Shown one piece after another: positions 9,064 through 17,301 of a stretch of 32,000 nt of DNA. The notes under the pieces are model-generated. The model was not told where the DNA came from, searched no databases, and was given only the letters and a program-made list of their open reading frames with translations. The translations under genes and the position numbers were made by a program. Position 1 is the first letter of the stretch, and each line of letters opens with the position of its first letter. This DNA comes from Candidatus Saccharimonadota bacterium (GTDB lineage: Archaea > Micrarchaeota > Micrarchaeia > Micrarchaeales > Micrarchaeaceae), in contig OY970071.1 in the NCBI GenBank assembly GCA_963705375.1, forward strand, positions 690,001-722,000, given 5' to 3'.

Positions 9064-10149
9064 ATGGCAGAAATGCTTAGCCCTGATGATGAGGAGATAT
9101 TGCGCTTTATTGAAAGCGCAAAACCCAAGATTTATGTTATAGGTACTGGAGGCAGCGGAAGCAACACAATAGCCAGGCTTAGCAGCATCGGCGTGCAGGG
9201 CGCTACGCTCGTAGCCATGAACACCGACGCAGCGCACCTCGTGAAGATAAAGGCAGAGCGTAAGTTGCTAATCGGCAAGAAGCTGACACGTGGCCTTGGG
9301 GCTGGCAGCGACATACGTGTAGGCGAAGAAGCCGCTGTAGAAAGCAAGGAGGAGATACGTCACCTATTAGGAGATGCACAGCTTGCATTCATAACCTGTG
9401 GCCTTGGAGGAGGCACAGGCACAGGCTCGATCACCACAATTGCGCATGAGGCAAAAGAGGCCGGTGCGCTCACCATAGCAATAGTTACATTGCCATTCTC
9501 AAGTGAGGGCAAGATGAGGATGCACAATGCGCTTGAGGGGCTTTCAAAGCTCAAGAAGGTAGTCGACACTGTGATAATAATACACAACGACAAGCTGCTA
9601 GCCGTTGCACCGGACCTGCCGTTGAACATGGCATTCAGAGTGTCCGATGAGGTGCTTGCTAACGCAGCGAAAGGCATAGTCGAGATGGTCACGAAGTCGG
9701 GAATGGTCAATATAGACTTTGCAGATCTCAGGACAGTACTCAAGGAGGGTGGTTACGCAGTCATAGGAACCGGCGAAGGCGTTGCAGGCAGCGACGGGAC
9801 AAGCAGGGCAGTGGTCGCTCTAGAGAACGCGATAAAGAGCCCTATGCTTGATGCGGATCTCACGAACGCAAAGAAGGCACTGGTGAACATAATAGGCGGA
9901 GACAGCCTCACACTAAGGGAAGCAGAAGCAGTATTCCAAGATATCGCTGCAAGGGTCAACAGTGACGCGCTCGTGAAGTGGGGCGCAAGGATAGACCCGG
10001 AGATGAAGAAAGACGCGCTCAGGATAATGATAGTGGTCAGCGGCGTCGATTTCCCAGAGTATGCGGAACAGCGGATAAACGAGAGCATCAAGAGAATGGA
10101 GGAGATCGACCTCGACGAGGTCTTCGAGACGGAAAGAATGGAGAAGTAA
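9064..10149 (+). CDS. ftsZ: Cell division GTPase FtsZ
   Basis: 361 aa. Tubulin signature GLGGGTGTGS, plus IGTGGSGSN, AMNTDAAHL and the T7 region VNIDFADLRTVL. Confidence 0.95.
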   Translation: MAEMLSPDDEEILRFIESAKPKIYVIGTGGSGSNTIARLSSIGVQGATLVAMNTDAAHLVKIKAERKLLIGKKLTRGLGAGSDIRVGEEAAVESKEEIRHLLGDAQLAFITCGLGGGTGTGSITTIAHEAKEAGALTIAIVTLPFSSEGKMRMHNALEGLSKLKKVVDTVIIIHNDKLLAVAPDLPLNMAFRVSDEVLANAAKGIVEMVTKSGMVNIDFADLRTVLKEGGYAVIGTGEGVAGSDGTSRAVVALENAIKSPMLDADLTNAKKALVNIIGGDSLTLREAEAVFQDIAARVNSDALVKWGARIDPEMKKDALRIMIVVSGVDFPEYAEQRINESIKRMEEIDLDEVFETERMEK

Positions 10150-10204
10150 AAAACGATTTTTATCTGTCACGGCTGATCGTGATTTCACTTCCAGACCAAC
10201 ACAG

Positions 10205-10695
10205 TTATAGGACTATAACATTATCGCGACCTATGATGTGCATCAAGCTGTCTATCGCATATTTGTGATTTCCAATTCCGTGCAAGGAGGCACATGCATT
10301 GCGGATAACCTTCACAGTCACGTGCGCATCGAAGAGGTCCATCGCGGTTTTGATTATGCAGACGTCAGTGTATATGCCTGCAAGGAATACTGTCTTGTAA
10401 TGCTTTTGTTTATGAAAGCCAGCAGCACCTTATTCAGCACCGTGTAGCCACTGTGCCTAAACTTTCTAGCAGTAACATCTCTGAGTTCTTTGAATAACTC
10501 CTGCTCTCGTTTTTTCTGAAACCTTTTCCACTTCAGGCTCTTTTCAAACATTGAACCTTTTTTGTTCTCGAAACATGAGAAAGCCACATCGCCGTCGAAA
10601 TTGCAAGACAGCCATTTGATTTTTGGGATTATTGCTTCGGATTCTTTGAATCTGAAACCCTCCTGCATGTCAATTATCAAAAGTAAACTGTCCAC
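10205..10695 (-). pseudogene. Isochorismatase-family cysteine hydrolase, interrupted by a -1 frame break near 10397-10413
   Basis: The N-terminal part is ORF 10354..10695 (LLIIDMQEGF...). The C-terminal part continues in another frame: HYKTVFLAGIYTDVCIIKTAMDLFDAHVTVKVIRNACASLHG...NVIVL*, with TAA at 10205-10207. The D/K/C triad context is present. Total span is 491 nt (3n+2). Confidence 0.75.
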
Positions 10696-10762
10696 AGAAG
10701 TTATTGACTAAGAAAGGTTTATAACTGGTTATTTTGTTCTGGGTCGAAACTCCAGTAATATT

Positions 10763-11191
10763 TTGGCACGAAGTAAAGTGTATATACCAAGTGGTGCAAA
10801 AGCATATGGTGGAATTGTGCAAGGATTAAAAGAAATAGGGTTGGACACTTCAGTAGCGGAAGCAGCGACTAAATTTGTGAAAGTTGTGAGAGAGACTTCA
10901 ACTACAATAGAGGATCAGAGAATAAAAGAAGTACTACAAAAAATAACATTCCAGGACTTTAACATTATTGAATTCTCTAGAAGTCTAAAAACAGCAGCAA
11001 ATGCAAAGGCGATGGATAGAGAAGGCTTTGGTAACCTTGGGATTGCACTTGGTATGGCTGGTGTCGCTGTGAGCGAGTATGCTGTAAATAAAACAGATCT
11101 GAAAGCAAAGAAATGCATAGACAGCATAAATGGCGCCACAGCCGCTGTGAAAGAAACAGCAAGGCTGCTGTATACAACACATCCGGTATAG
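10763..11191 (+). CDS. Hypothetical protein (142 aa)
   Basis: ORF with a TTG start 14 nt after the position predicted from a TATA-like TTTATAAC (10719-10727). No recognisable motifs. Confidence 0.45.
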   Translation: MARSKVYIPSGAKAYGGIVQGLKEIGLDTSVAEAATKFVKVVRETSTTIEDQRIKEVLQKITFQDFNIIEFSRSLKTAANAKAMDREGFGNLGIALGMAGVAVSEYAVNKTDLKAKKCIDSINGATAAVKETARLLYTTHPV

Positions 11192-11227
11192 AACCGTACT
11201 CGGCTACGTCCGCAGGTGCGAATCGAA

Positions 11228-11402
11228 CATAGCTCACACTAAGCCTTTTTCTTTATGAAAAAGAGATGAGAGAAGCTTGCAAAATACAGAACCTAGCTTA
11301 CGCTGGAAAGAAATCTTTTTCTTTTTCCATCCAAGAAAAGACAGACCTAGCTTACGCTGGGCAGTTTTTCTAATAAGAAAAAAGGATGAGGAGAAGCTTG
11401 CA
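11228..11402 (-). repeat. Degenerate tandem units (~55-60 bp) in the 23S 3' trailer, including two copies of the processing-stem strand and two T/A-run hairpins
   Basis: ACCTAGCTTACGCTGG occurs at 11291-11306 and 11345-11360, with a diverged copy ATAGCTCACACTAAGCC at ~11230. GATGAG(G)AGAAGCTTGCAA occurs at 11265-11282 and 11385-11403. Hairpins are TTTTTC-n5/6-GAAAAA at 11245-11261 and 11365-11382. Confidence 0.6.
11365..11385 (-). terminator. T-tract/hairpin immediately after the 23S processing stem (sense: CCTTTTTTCTTATTAGAAAAA)
   Basis: An oligo-T run on the rRNA sense strand lies directly 3' of the stem, and archaeal RNAP terminates at T-tracts. A second similar copy lies at 11245-11262. 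Confidence 0.4.
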
Positions 11403-14245
11403 ATTTAGGACTTTAGTAACGGTATGTTCGCAAATCGCTTGCGCTCTCTGCTTATGCACCCGTCCTATCAAAGTCGTCTATTGCGACCGTCCTAGTGCCT
11501 CGTTTCGGGTATAGCTTCGTCCTTAGATGCTTTCAGGACTTATCCATATGGCGCGTGGCTACCCTGCAATGCAATCACAACAGGTACACTAGTGGCGCCG
11601 ACCCCCCGTTCCTCTCGTATTGAGGGGATCTTATCCTCTAGCACTAACACTCCCAGTAGATAATACCGTCCTGCCTCACGGCGGACTGAACGCAACTCAC
11701 GTGGGTTTTTAATGGGCGAACAGCCCAACCTTTGGCTGCTTATGCACAGCCGGGATAACCCGAGTCCATATCGATGTATCAAACCGCCGGGTCGATGCGA
11801 ACTCTTGCCGGCGACGAATCGATTACCTCCAGAGTAACTTGTTTGACAGCATGGGGCCCCATTAAAAGGGCACACCAGAGCTCATTAAGCCCCTGTTTCC
11901 AGTCTGCATTCCACGCTTTTCGGAATACAGTCAGCCCTGCATTTGCCTTTATGCTTTACCGTCGGGTTTCCAACCCGCCTAAGCAGAGCATTGATCACTT
12001 TCGTTTCATTATCGAAAGCGACCGTCCAGTCTAACTGCCCACCTGCAGCTGTCCTCTTTCGAGTAAGCTGCAACACACGCTAAAAGTGGTGTTACATTGT
12101 CGCTCACGCCGCGCCTAAACATGGCGGTCGACGCTCCCACTTACGCTATGTATAGCACATATTGCAACAACTACAGGATGCAGTAAAGCTTCATGGAGAC
12201 TTTTTCTCCCACTGAGAGATCGCGGCATATTCACCGCGCTGTAAGTTCACCGGATCCAACGTTGGGACAGTGGAACAATCATTACGCCCTTCATGCAGGT
12301 CACCTATTAAGTGACGAGGTATAACGCTACCTTAAGAGGGTCAGAATTACCCCCGCTCTTTGCTAGCGCTTATTCCCATTGAAATGGGTTTTCACGTACT
12401 AGCGGTGAGCAGGCGTCACCCACTGTGCTTGGCCTTTCGGCTTTGCGGTGAGTTGTGTTTTAGATAAACAGTTGTTGTTCCCTGGTCAGTGACATCTGCG
12501 CTTACAAGGCGCAGACATGGCTTATCGATAACTTACGCCACCAATTTGCCGAATTCCCTAACGTTGGTTATTCCGACACACCTTGGCTTTTTCAGCCAGC
12601 AGCACCTGTACTGGTTCTAGGTACGGACTAGGATGATCGTTGCAGATTCCCTTTTGACGTGCTCAGGAATTCATTCCAATAGTTCATTTAGCTGCTTCTC
12701 CTCATAACGAGACTCTGCAGCCGTTTGCACTTTCTTGCGGAACTATCCCCAAACTTCAGAAATCTGCCTTGCGTTGCCGCACCTACATCCTAGGGGCTGG
12801 GATATTAACCAGCTTCCCTTTTGCCATTTTGTTATTAGCGCATGGCTTAGGATCGCCTAACTCTCCGCTGACGAGCGTTGCGAAGAAAACCGTGTGCTTC
12901 CGGTGTACGGGATTCTCACCCGTATATGCTGTTACTAATACCAGGATTATTCACTACCACATGGTCCATGCGTCCTTTGGGACGCACTTCTTGCCATGAG
13001 GCACGCCTTCTTACCAGTGCTTGCGCACTCTAAGGTATCGGCACCTGACTTAGCCCCGTATATTTTAAGCCAGCAATGCCTCTACTGGTACGCTATTACG
13101 CGTTTTTTAAAGGATGGCTGCTTCTGAGCCTACCTCCCAGCTGTCTATGACATCACAAGCCTTCAATGCACTCAATCAGGATTTGGGGGCCTTAGCCTTA
13201 GTTACCGTCTTTCCGGTCTCGCCACGCTAGCTTACCCAGCGTAGCCGACTCCCGAGGTCTTAGCAGCGCACGCATTCGGAGTTCGATAAGCCGAGCGGTG
13301 CCTTTCGGCACCTTTTCGGCTAGTCGGTCGCTCTACCGCATACGCAAGCTCGCCCGGAGCTATCCTAAAGATACTTCAGAAGGGACCCGCTATTGCCATG
13401 TTCGAAAGGTATATCGCCGCTACCCGCAACTCACCCAACAGGATATACCATGACAGGTTGCGGACCTCCACCAGGCGTTAGCCTAGCTTCGTCCTGGTCG
13501 CGCGTAGATCACAATGGCTTCGGGTCGTATACAAGTGACTCAGGCATTTTCATACCCTGCATCTCGAATCTGCATGCTCTCGCTTTCGCTTCGCCTTTCG
13601 GCTTGCCACTCATATACACTCCCTGGCTCTTGCTTCAAGAAGAATGACAAGACACTGTTCCATGCCTTTCGTTTGATGCTTACGCATCTTCACTTCAAGG
13701 CACTTCATAACTTTCGTGCCTTATCTGTGTGTAACCACCTAGTTTCAGATCTATTTCACTCCCATACCATGGGTTCTTTTCAACTTTCGCTCGCGCTACT
13801 TGTACGCTATCGGTCTGTAGTCAATATTTAGGGTTGGGGTTTAATGCCCCCGTATTCGCTCCGCATACTCAAGCGGAATTACTCTTTCGCAGTACATGAT
13901 CCATCAGCACTACGCCTACGAGGCTGTCACTCTCTATGGCCGCACTTTCCAACGCGTTCGACTCGCCTTTTGGACCCCTCCTGCACCACATCTCCACGCC
14001 TTTTGCAAGGCAGGATTCGGTTTGCCCTCTGCAGCGTTCAATCGTTTTACTAGCTGCATCGAATATTCTTTCTTCTCCTGCGGGTACTAAGATATTTCAG
14101 TTCCCCGCGTTTGCGTGCATCTCTGCACAATTCAGCGACCCCGGGTTCACAGCCTGACTTGCGGCTACCCCAGGATTATCCCAGCTTGCCAGGGCCTTCA
14201 TCGCTACTACAGCCTAGTCATTCCCTAGGTGGCTTAATATTGCAA
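11403..14245 (-). rRNA. rrl: 23S ribosomal RNA (~2.84 kb), unlinked to 16S/5S within this window
   Basis: The reverse complement contains 23S landmarks: 5' AAGCCACCTAGGGAATGACTAGG...GATGAAGGCCCTGGCAAGCTGGGATAA, GGGCTGTTCGCCCATTAAAA, the SRL ...AATACGAGAGGAAC... and 3' CTGAAAGCATCTAAGG. Flanking GAGGAGAAGCTTGCAAT (sense, +14241-14257) pairs with ATTGCAAGCTTCTCCTC (sense, +11389-11405) as a processing stem. Ends are approximate to about +/-10 nt. Confidence 0.95.
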
Positions 14246-14399
14246 GCTTCTCCTCACATCAATCATGCAAAAGCACGATCTCATAGAGCATACCCTCTTG
14301 ACGTCAATATTTTCATCAAGCAAAAAACAGGCTCTCGAATACTGTCGACTATAAGAGCTATGCGTGCCATAAAGGCACCAACATTATTTAGTCCGCAGA

Positions 14400-14413
14400 A
14401 GGTATAAAAAGCT
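14400..14413 (-). promoter_or_regulatory. Putative 23S promoter TATA box (sense AAGCTTTTTATACC)
   Basis: It is the only strong TATA-like element in the ~230 nt upstream (sense) of the processing stem, about 150 nt before the mature 5' end. Confidence 0.4.
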
Positions 14414-14486
14414 TATTGGTCCGACTGAGACTTCCCGTAACCGGATATCGTCGCAAATATGTGCGGATTATGCTTCTTTTCACAGT

Positions 14487-14981
14487 TTAGGAACTCTCCC
14501 AATCAATCTGCATCTTTGTCCGTCTTGTTTTTGTTTCGGATTCTTCGGTTTTTCTTAGAAGTTTATCTTCTTTACCAGTATCTCGCACCCAAACTACCAA
14601 CCCTCGAATACTTCCGAAGAGTTCACCAGCTGAAGCTACACATAGCCATTCCCCAAAGCCTTTGAAGGTGACTCGTACGGGGGTGCTCGGGTCACCTCCC
14701 GGAAGTTCCCATGCCCTCTTTGATTCTGGTAGAACATCAAAAACGTCAAGGGAATCTAGAAAAGCTTCTTGCTCGACCTTGGAAAATGAATTCCACGGTT
14801 TATCTAACAAGGGTTTGCGTGCACCATTCTCAAGTAGTTCACAAGGCCCGTAATACAACTGTTCGGTTTCACCAGTTTCACTAGTCATGACCCAGTATTT
14901 ATGCAACAAATCCAGGACGGTGAGATTGGTTTCTTTTAGGACTGCCAACACCTTGCTGTCGGCGATGTGCCATCCTGGCAT
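14487..14981 (-). CDS. Hypothetical protein (164 aa), no family recognised
   Basis: Clean ATG-initiated ORF with ordinary composition. The overlapping + strand ORFs are shorter and low-complexity. Confidence 0.55.
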   Translation of the reverse strand: MPGWHIADSKVLAVLKETNLTVLDLLHKYWVMTSETGETEQLYYGPCELLENGARKPLLDKPWNSFSKVEQEAFLDSLDVFDVLPESKRAWELPGGDPSTPVRVTFKGFGEWLCVASAGELFGSIRGLVVWVRDTGKEDKLLRKTEESETKTRRTKMQIDWESS

Positions 14982-15376
14982 CGTTTTTGTGGCGTCTATG
15001 GCCTCAGCATGCGTTATCTTCTTTGTTGATATTCGACGTCACCGGTTGTGAAGAACAATTCTGCGTTTTTAGTTTGATGCATATAATCGCAATAAATATG
15101 GCTTATCGTCTAGATACACATACCTTTGGTTTTTGGTTGCTCTGTTGACTAATTATTACGCCATCATTTGATTTTTGATAATGTTTGTCGTCATATGGAT
15201 TTTGGGAGGTTCTGGCTCTCCGAAAGGAATTAGTCAACAATGCAGTTTTTGCAGTTTATTTGCTGTATTTTGTTGAAATGTAAAGTAGACTCGGGCATTT
15301 ATTTTCATAAGCTTAGCGTGTCGAGACGTCAAAGAGGCAGCAAGAGTTAAAAGCCTTTTTAGATGATAGGCTCTTC

Positions 15377-15757
15377 ATGGTGGTACAGAAGGGTAAGAGG
15401 GGGAAGTACGCGCGAGAGCTCGAAAAAATAAAGGAGATGCACGCGCTGAACAATATACTGGCCAAGGGTGACGTCGAGAATGCCCTGCTGTCAAGCGGAG
15501 CCAAGGATTCCGAGCCTGTAGACGAGAATGTGGCCGATGCCATACTCGACAAGCTCGAGGAGGAGAAAGGCACCAAGGACATGGCCCTGATGAACAAGCT
15601 GGTTGAAGGAGACAAAAGGTCAGGCTCAACGAAAAAGAGGCATGCTGTGGCAAGAAATGCAGCTAAAAAAGCCAGACACGGCGCGCACAAATCAAGAATG
15701 TCAGGGATACTAAAGCTGGAAAGGCGCATAGTGAAGAAAATACGTAAGCGCCATTAA
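15377..15757 (+). CDS. Hypothetical Lys/Arg-rich protein (126 aa)
   Basis: ORF with an acidic middle and a strongly basic tail (KKRHAVARNAAKKARHGAHKSR...RRIVKKIRKRH). The antisense ORF 15313..15729 is Ser/Leu-rich and looks spurious. Confidence 0.5.
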   Translation: MVVQKGKRGKYARELEKIKEMHALNNILAKGDVENALLSSGAKDSEPVDENVADAILDKLEEEKGTKDMALMNKLVEGDKRSGSTKKRHAVARNAAKKARHGAHKSRMSGILKLERRIVKKIRKRH

Positions 15758-15790
15758 GGCTAAATACGCTTTTCTCTAAAGCCTATACCA

Positions 15791-15901
15791 GGGCTCGTGG
15801 CTCAGTAGTAGAGCGTCCGATTTGCATGTAAACTTCTTTCAAGAAGTTTAATCAAGAACCAAAATATCGGAAGGTCGCGGGTGCGATCCCCGCCGAGTCC
15901 A
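15791..15901 (+). tRNA. tRNA-Ala (UGC) with a 39-nt intron at the canonical 37/38 position (intron ~15827-15865)
   Basis: Acceptor GGGCTCG/CGAGTCC includes the Ala identity pair G3:U70. D arm GCTC-AGTAGTA-GAGC. Anticodon stem TCCGA/TCGGA with loop TT-TGC-A|intron|A. T arm GCGGG-TGCGATC-CCCGC. Discriminator A, no encoded CCA, and a T-run follows. Confidence 0.9.
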
Positions 15902-15976
15902 TCTTTTTCCTCAAAACGGCGTGTCATTTCAACAAAGTTTAGTAGACAAGCTGCAGAATAGGCTTTGGGACAAAAG

Positions 15977-16972
15977 TCAACCACAACCCATTCTGAAAAG
16001 GTTGTGTAATAACGCAATGCAACTTATCGCGGTGTCAACCCTCTCGTCCAGTTTCTGCCATATTTTCCAACCCACCATTCTTTTGTCTGTGGAGAAACCG
16101 CTTTCTGATTTCTCCCTTCTATAGTATTCAATCAGATGATGGATGGGATCGTTCATCAATCCTCGAAATATGTTTCTCCATCTCGAAGTGCCGTTTATTC
16201 GTGTGTTGCTCTTTGGAAGTATATATAAGATTGTTTTGTCGTCGAAATACTTCAAAGTGGATTGATAACTGTAATACCGGTCTAATCTTGTGCTATTAAC
16301 CATTATCCCTGTGGTCTTCTCTACTTTCCGTAACATCTTGATTGCATTCTCGAACGCTTCTTTTTCAGACCGCACGCCTGAACCGTAACAGACGTATAAT
16401 CCCGTCTTAAGATCCATGAGATCAAATGAATACACAAATTTCCTGTATCCTTCTTTATCGACTTCAGTTCGGTAGTGTTTCGTCACCGTGAGCGTGTAGC
16501 CTGTAGCGTCACCTGTCGTGTCAACTCTCTTGTCGCATTTTCGTTTTACGGTCAGAATAAACATGTTGTGAAGAGTCATCCGTACAAGTTCATCCGAATA
16601 CAATCTTTCAATCGTCTTGTAACTGATGTCAATACCACAAAACGCTCCGAAAAGTGACATCAGTCCGGCCATAGGTCGGTTGTTCTTCGAAAATATGGAC
16701 TTGAGAAGCAGGGCAACGACCTTCTGTTGTAGAGACATCTTCACAGGCCTTCCAAAATTTGAGGTTTTGATATCGATAAGGTCCGTCGCGGATTTTGCAA
16801 GACTACGCAACTCTCTTGCGACATATCTTATTCTGCCGGCATATTCTCTTTCGTATTCTTTCCAATCAACAGATGTTTTTGTCGATAGTTCACCATAGAT
16901 TTCTGTCAGCGTCCTGAACTCTTTGAAAAACCTTCTGAACTGTCTGTTCGTTAGTCTTTTGTTCCTTTCCAT
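15977..16972 (-). CDS. IS transposase, probably DDE-type; family not resolved
   Basis: 331 aa filling the IS. Candidate acidic residues lie in VDTTGDATGY, STRLDRYYS and YYRREKSESGFSTDKR (the E with downstream K/R is typical of IS4/IS5-like DDE enzymes). The stop lies inside the left inverted repeat. Confidence 0.8.
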   Translation of the reverse strand: MERNKRLTNRQFRRFFKEFRTLTEIYGELSTKTSVDWKEYEREYAGRIRYVARELRSLAKSATDLIDIKTSNFGRPVKMSLQQKVVALLLKSIFSKNNRPMAGLMSLFGAFCGIDISYKTIERLYSDELVRMTLHNMFILTVKRKCDKRVDTTGDATGYTLTVTKHYRTEVDKEGYRKFVYSFDLMDLKTGLYVCYGSGVRSEKEAFENAIKMLRKVEKTTGIMVNSTRLDRYYSYQSTLKYFDDKTILYILPKSNTRINGTSRWRNIFRGLMNDPIHHLIEYYRREKSESGFSTDKRMVGWKIWQKLDERVDTAISCIALLHNLFRMGCG

Positions 16973-17000
16973 CGTATTACTATTTAACAGGAATATATTT

Positions 17001-17022
17001 ATAGTTATCTATAGATAACTAT
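17001..17022. promoter_or_regulatory. Perfect 22-bp palindrome ATAGTTATCTATAGATAACTAT in the divergent promoter region inside the IS
   Basis: Self-complementarity was checked base by base. It sits between the transposase ATG (16972) and the small-ORF ATG (17037), amid TATA-like runs. Confidence 0.6.
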
Positions 17023-17036
17023 TATAGAGTGAATAA

Positions 17037-17222
17037 ATGCCTAGAAAAATAGAACTTAAAAAAGGAAACCTTACACTTACAGAAAAGAAAATAGAGGGTT
17101 TCTTAGAACGTGTGGTGACTCCGATAGGCACATCGGCTAAGGCAGACGTACCTAGAAGATACATTGGAAGACGGGTTTATGTTGTAATAACTAAGAACAA
17201 AAGGACTTCCGTGAAAGATTAA
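17037..17222 (+). CDS. IS-encoded small protein (61 aa), resembling the archaeal 'putative transposon-encoded protein' DUF2080 family
   Basis: MPRKIELKKGNLTL...VVTPIGTSAKADVPRRYIGRRVYVVI is a short beta-rich pattern recalled from DUF2080. The stop lies 3 nt before the right inverted repeat. A diverged remnant sits at the IS relic 480-610. Confidence 0.6.
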   Translation: MPRKIELKKGNLTLTEKKIEGFLERVVTPIGTSAKADVPRRYIGRRVYVVITKNKRTSVKD

Positions 17223-17301
17223 GATTGCTGACTTTTGTCCCAGAGTCTGCAGAATAGATGATAATAAATATTTGAAAATACAAAACACTATACGCGATGA
17301 A

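Larger units (their letters stand above)
15962..17246 (-). mobile_element. Intact insertion sequence (1285 bp) with ~20-bp imperfect terminal inverted repeats and an 11-bp target-site duplication
   Basis: Left end is GCTTTGGGACAAAAGTCAACC. The reverse complement of the right end is ACTCTGGGACAAAAGTCAGCA. An identical CTGCAGAATAG flanks both ends (15951-15961 and 17247-17257). It carries a transposase (-) and a divergent small ORF (+). Confidence 0.85.

Noticed and set aside
11192-11245. tRNA-like pieces on the minus strand (GCGGACGTAGCCGAGTACGGT and GTTCGATTCGCAC), which could suggest a permuted or split tRNA.
   Set aside because: I could not build a T-arm or anticodon arm. The stems do not pair and the order of the pieces is wrong. 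It is more likely part of the 23S trailer repeat.
11540-14407. Numerous 60-110-aa ORFs on both strands (e.g. 11540..11875, 12769..12999, 13514..13831, 14111..14407).
   Set aside because: They lie entirely inside the 23S rRNA gene, and their translations are low-complexity with no motifs. They are chance ORFs in structured RNA.
15060-15240. C/D-box sRNA candidates (TGATGC / ATGATGG C-box-like words).
   Set aside because: No CTGA D box lies at a suitable distance and there is no terminal pairing.
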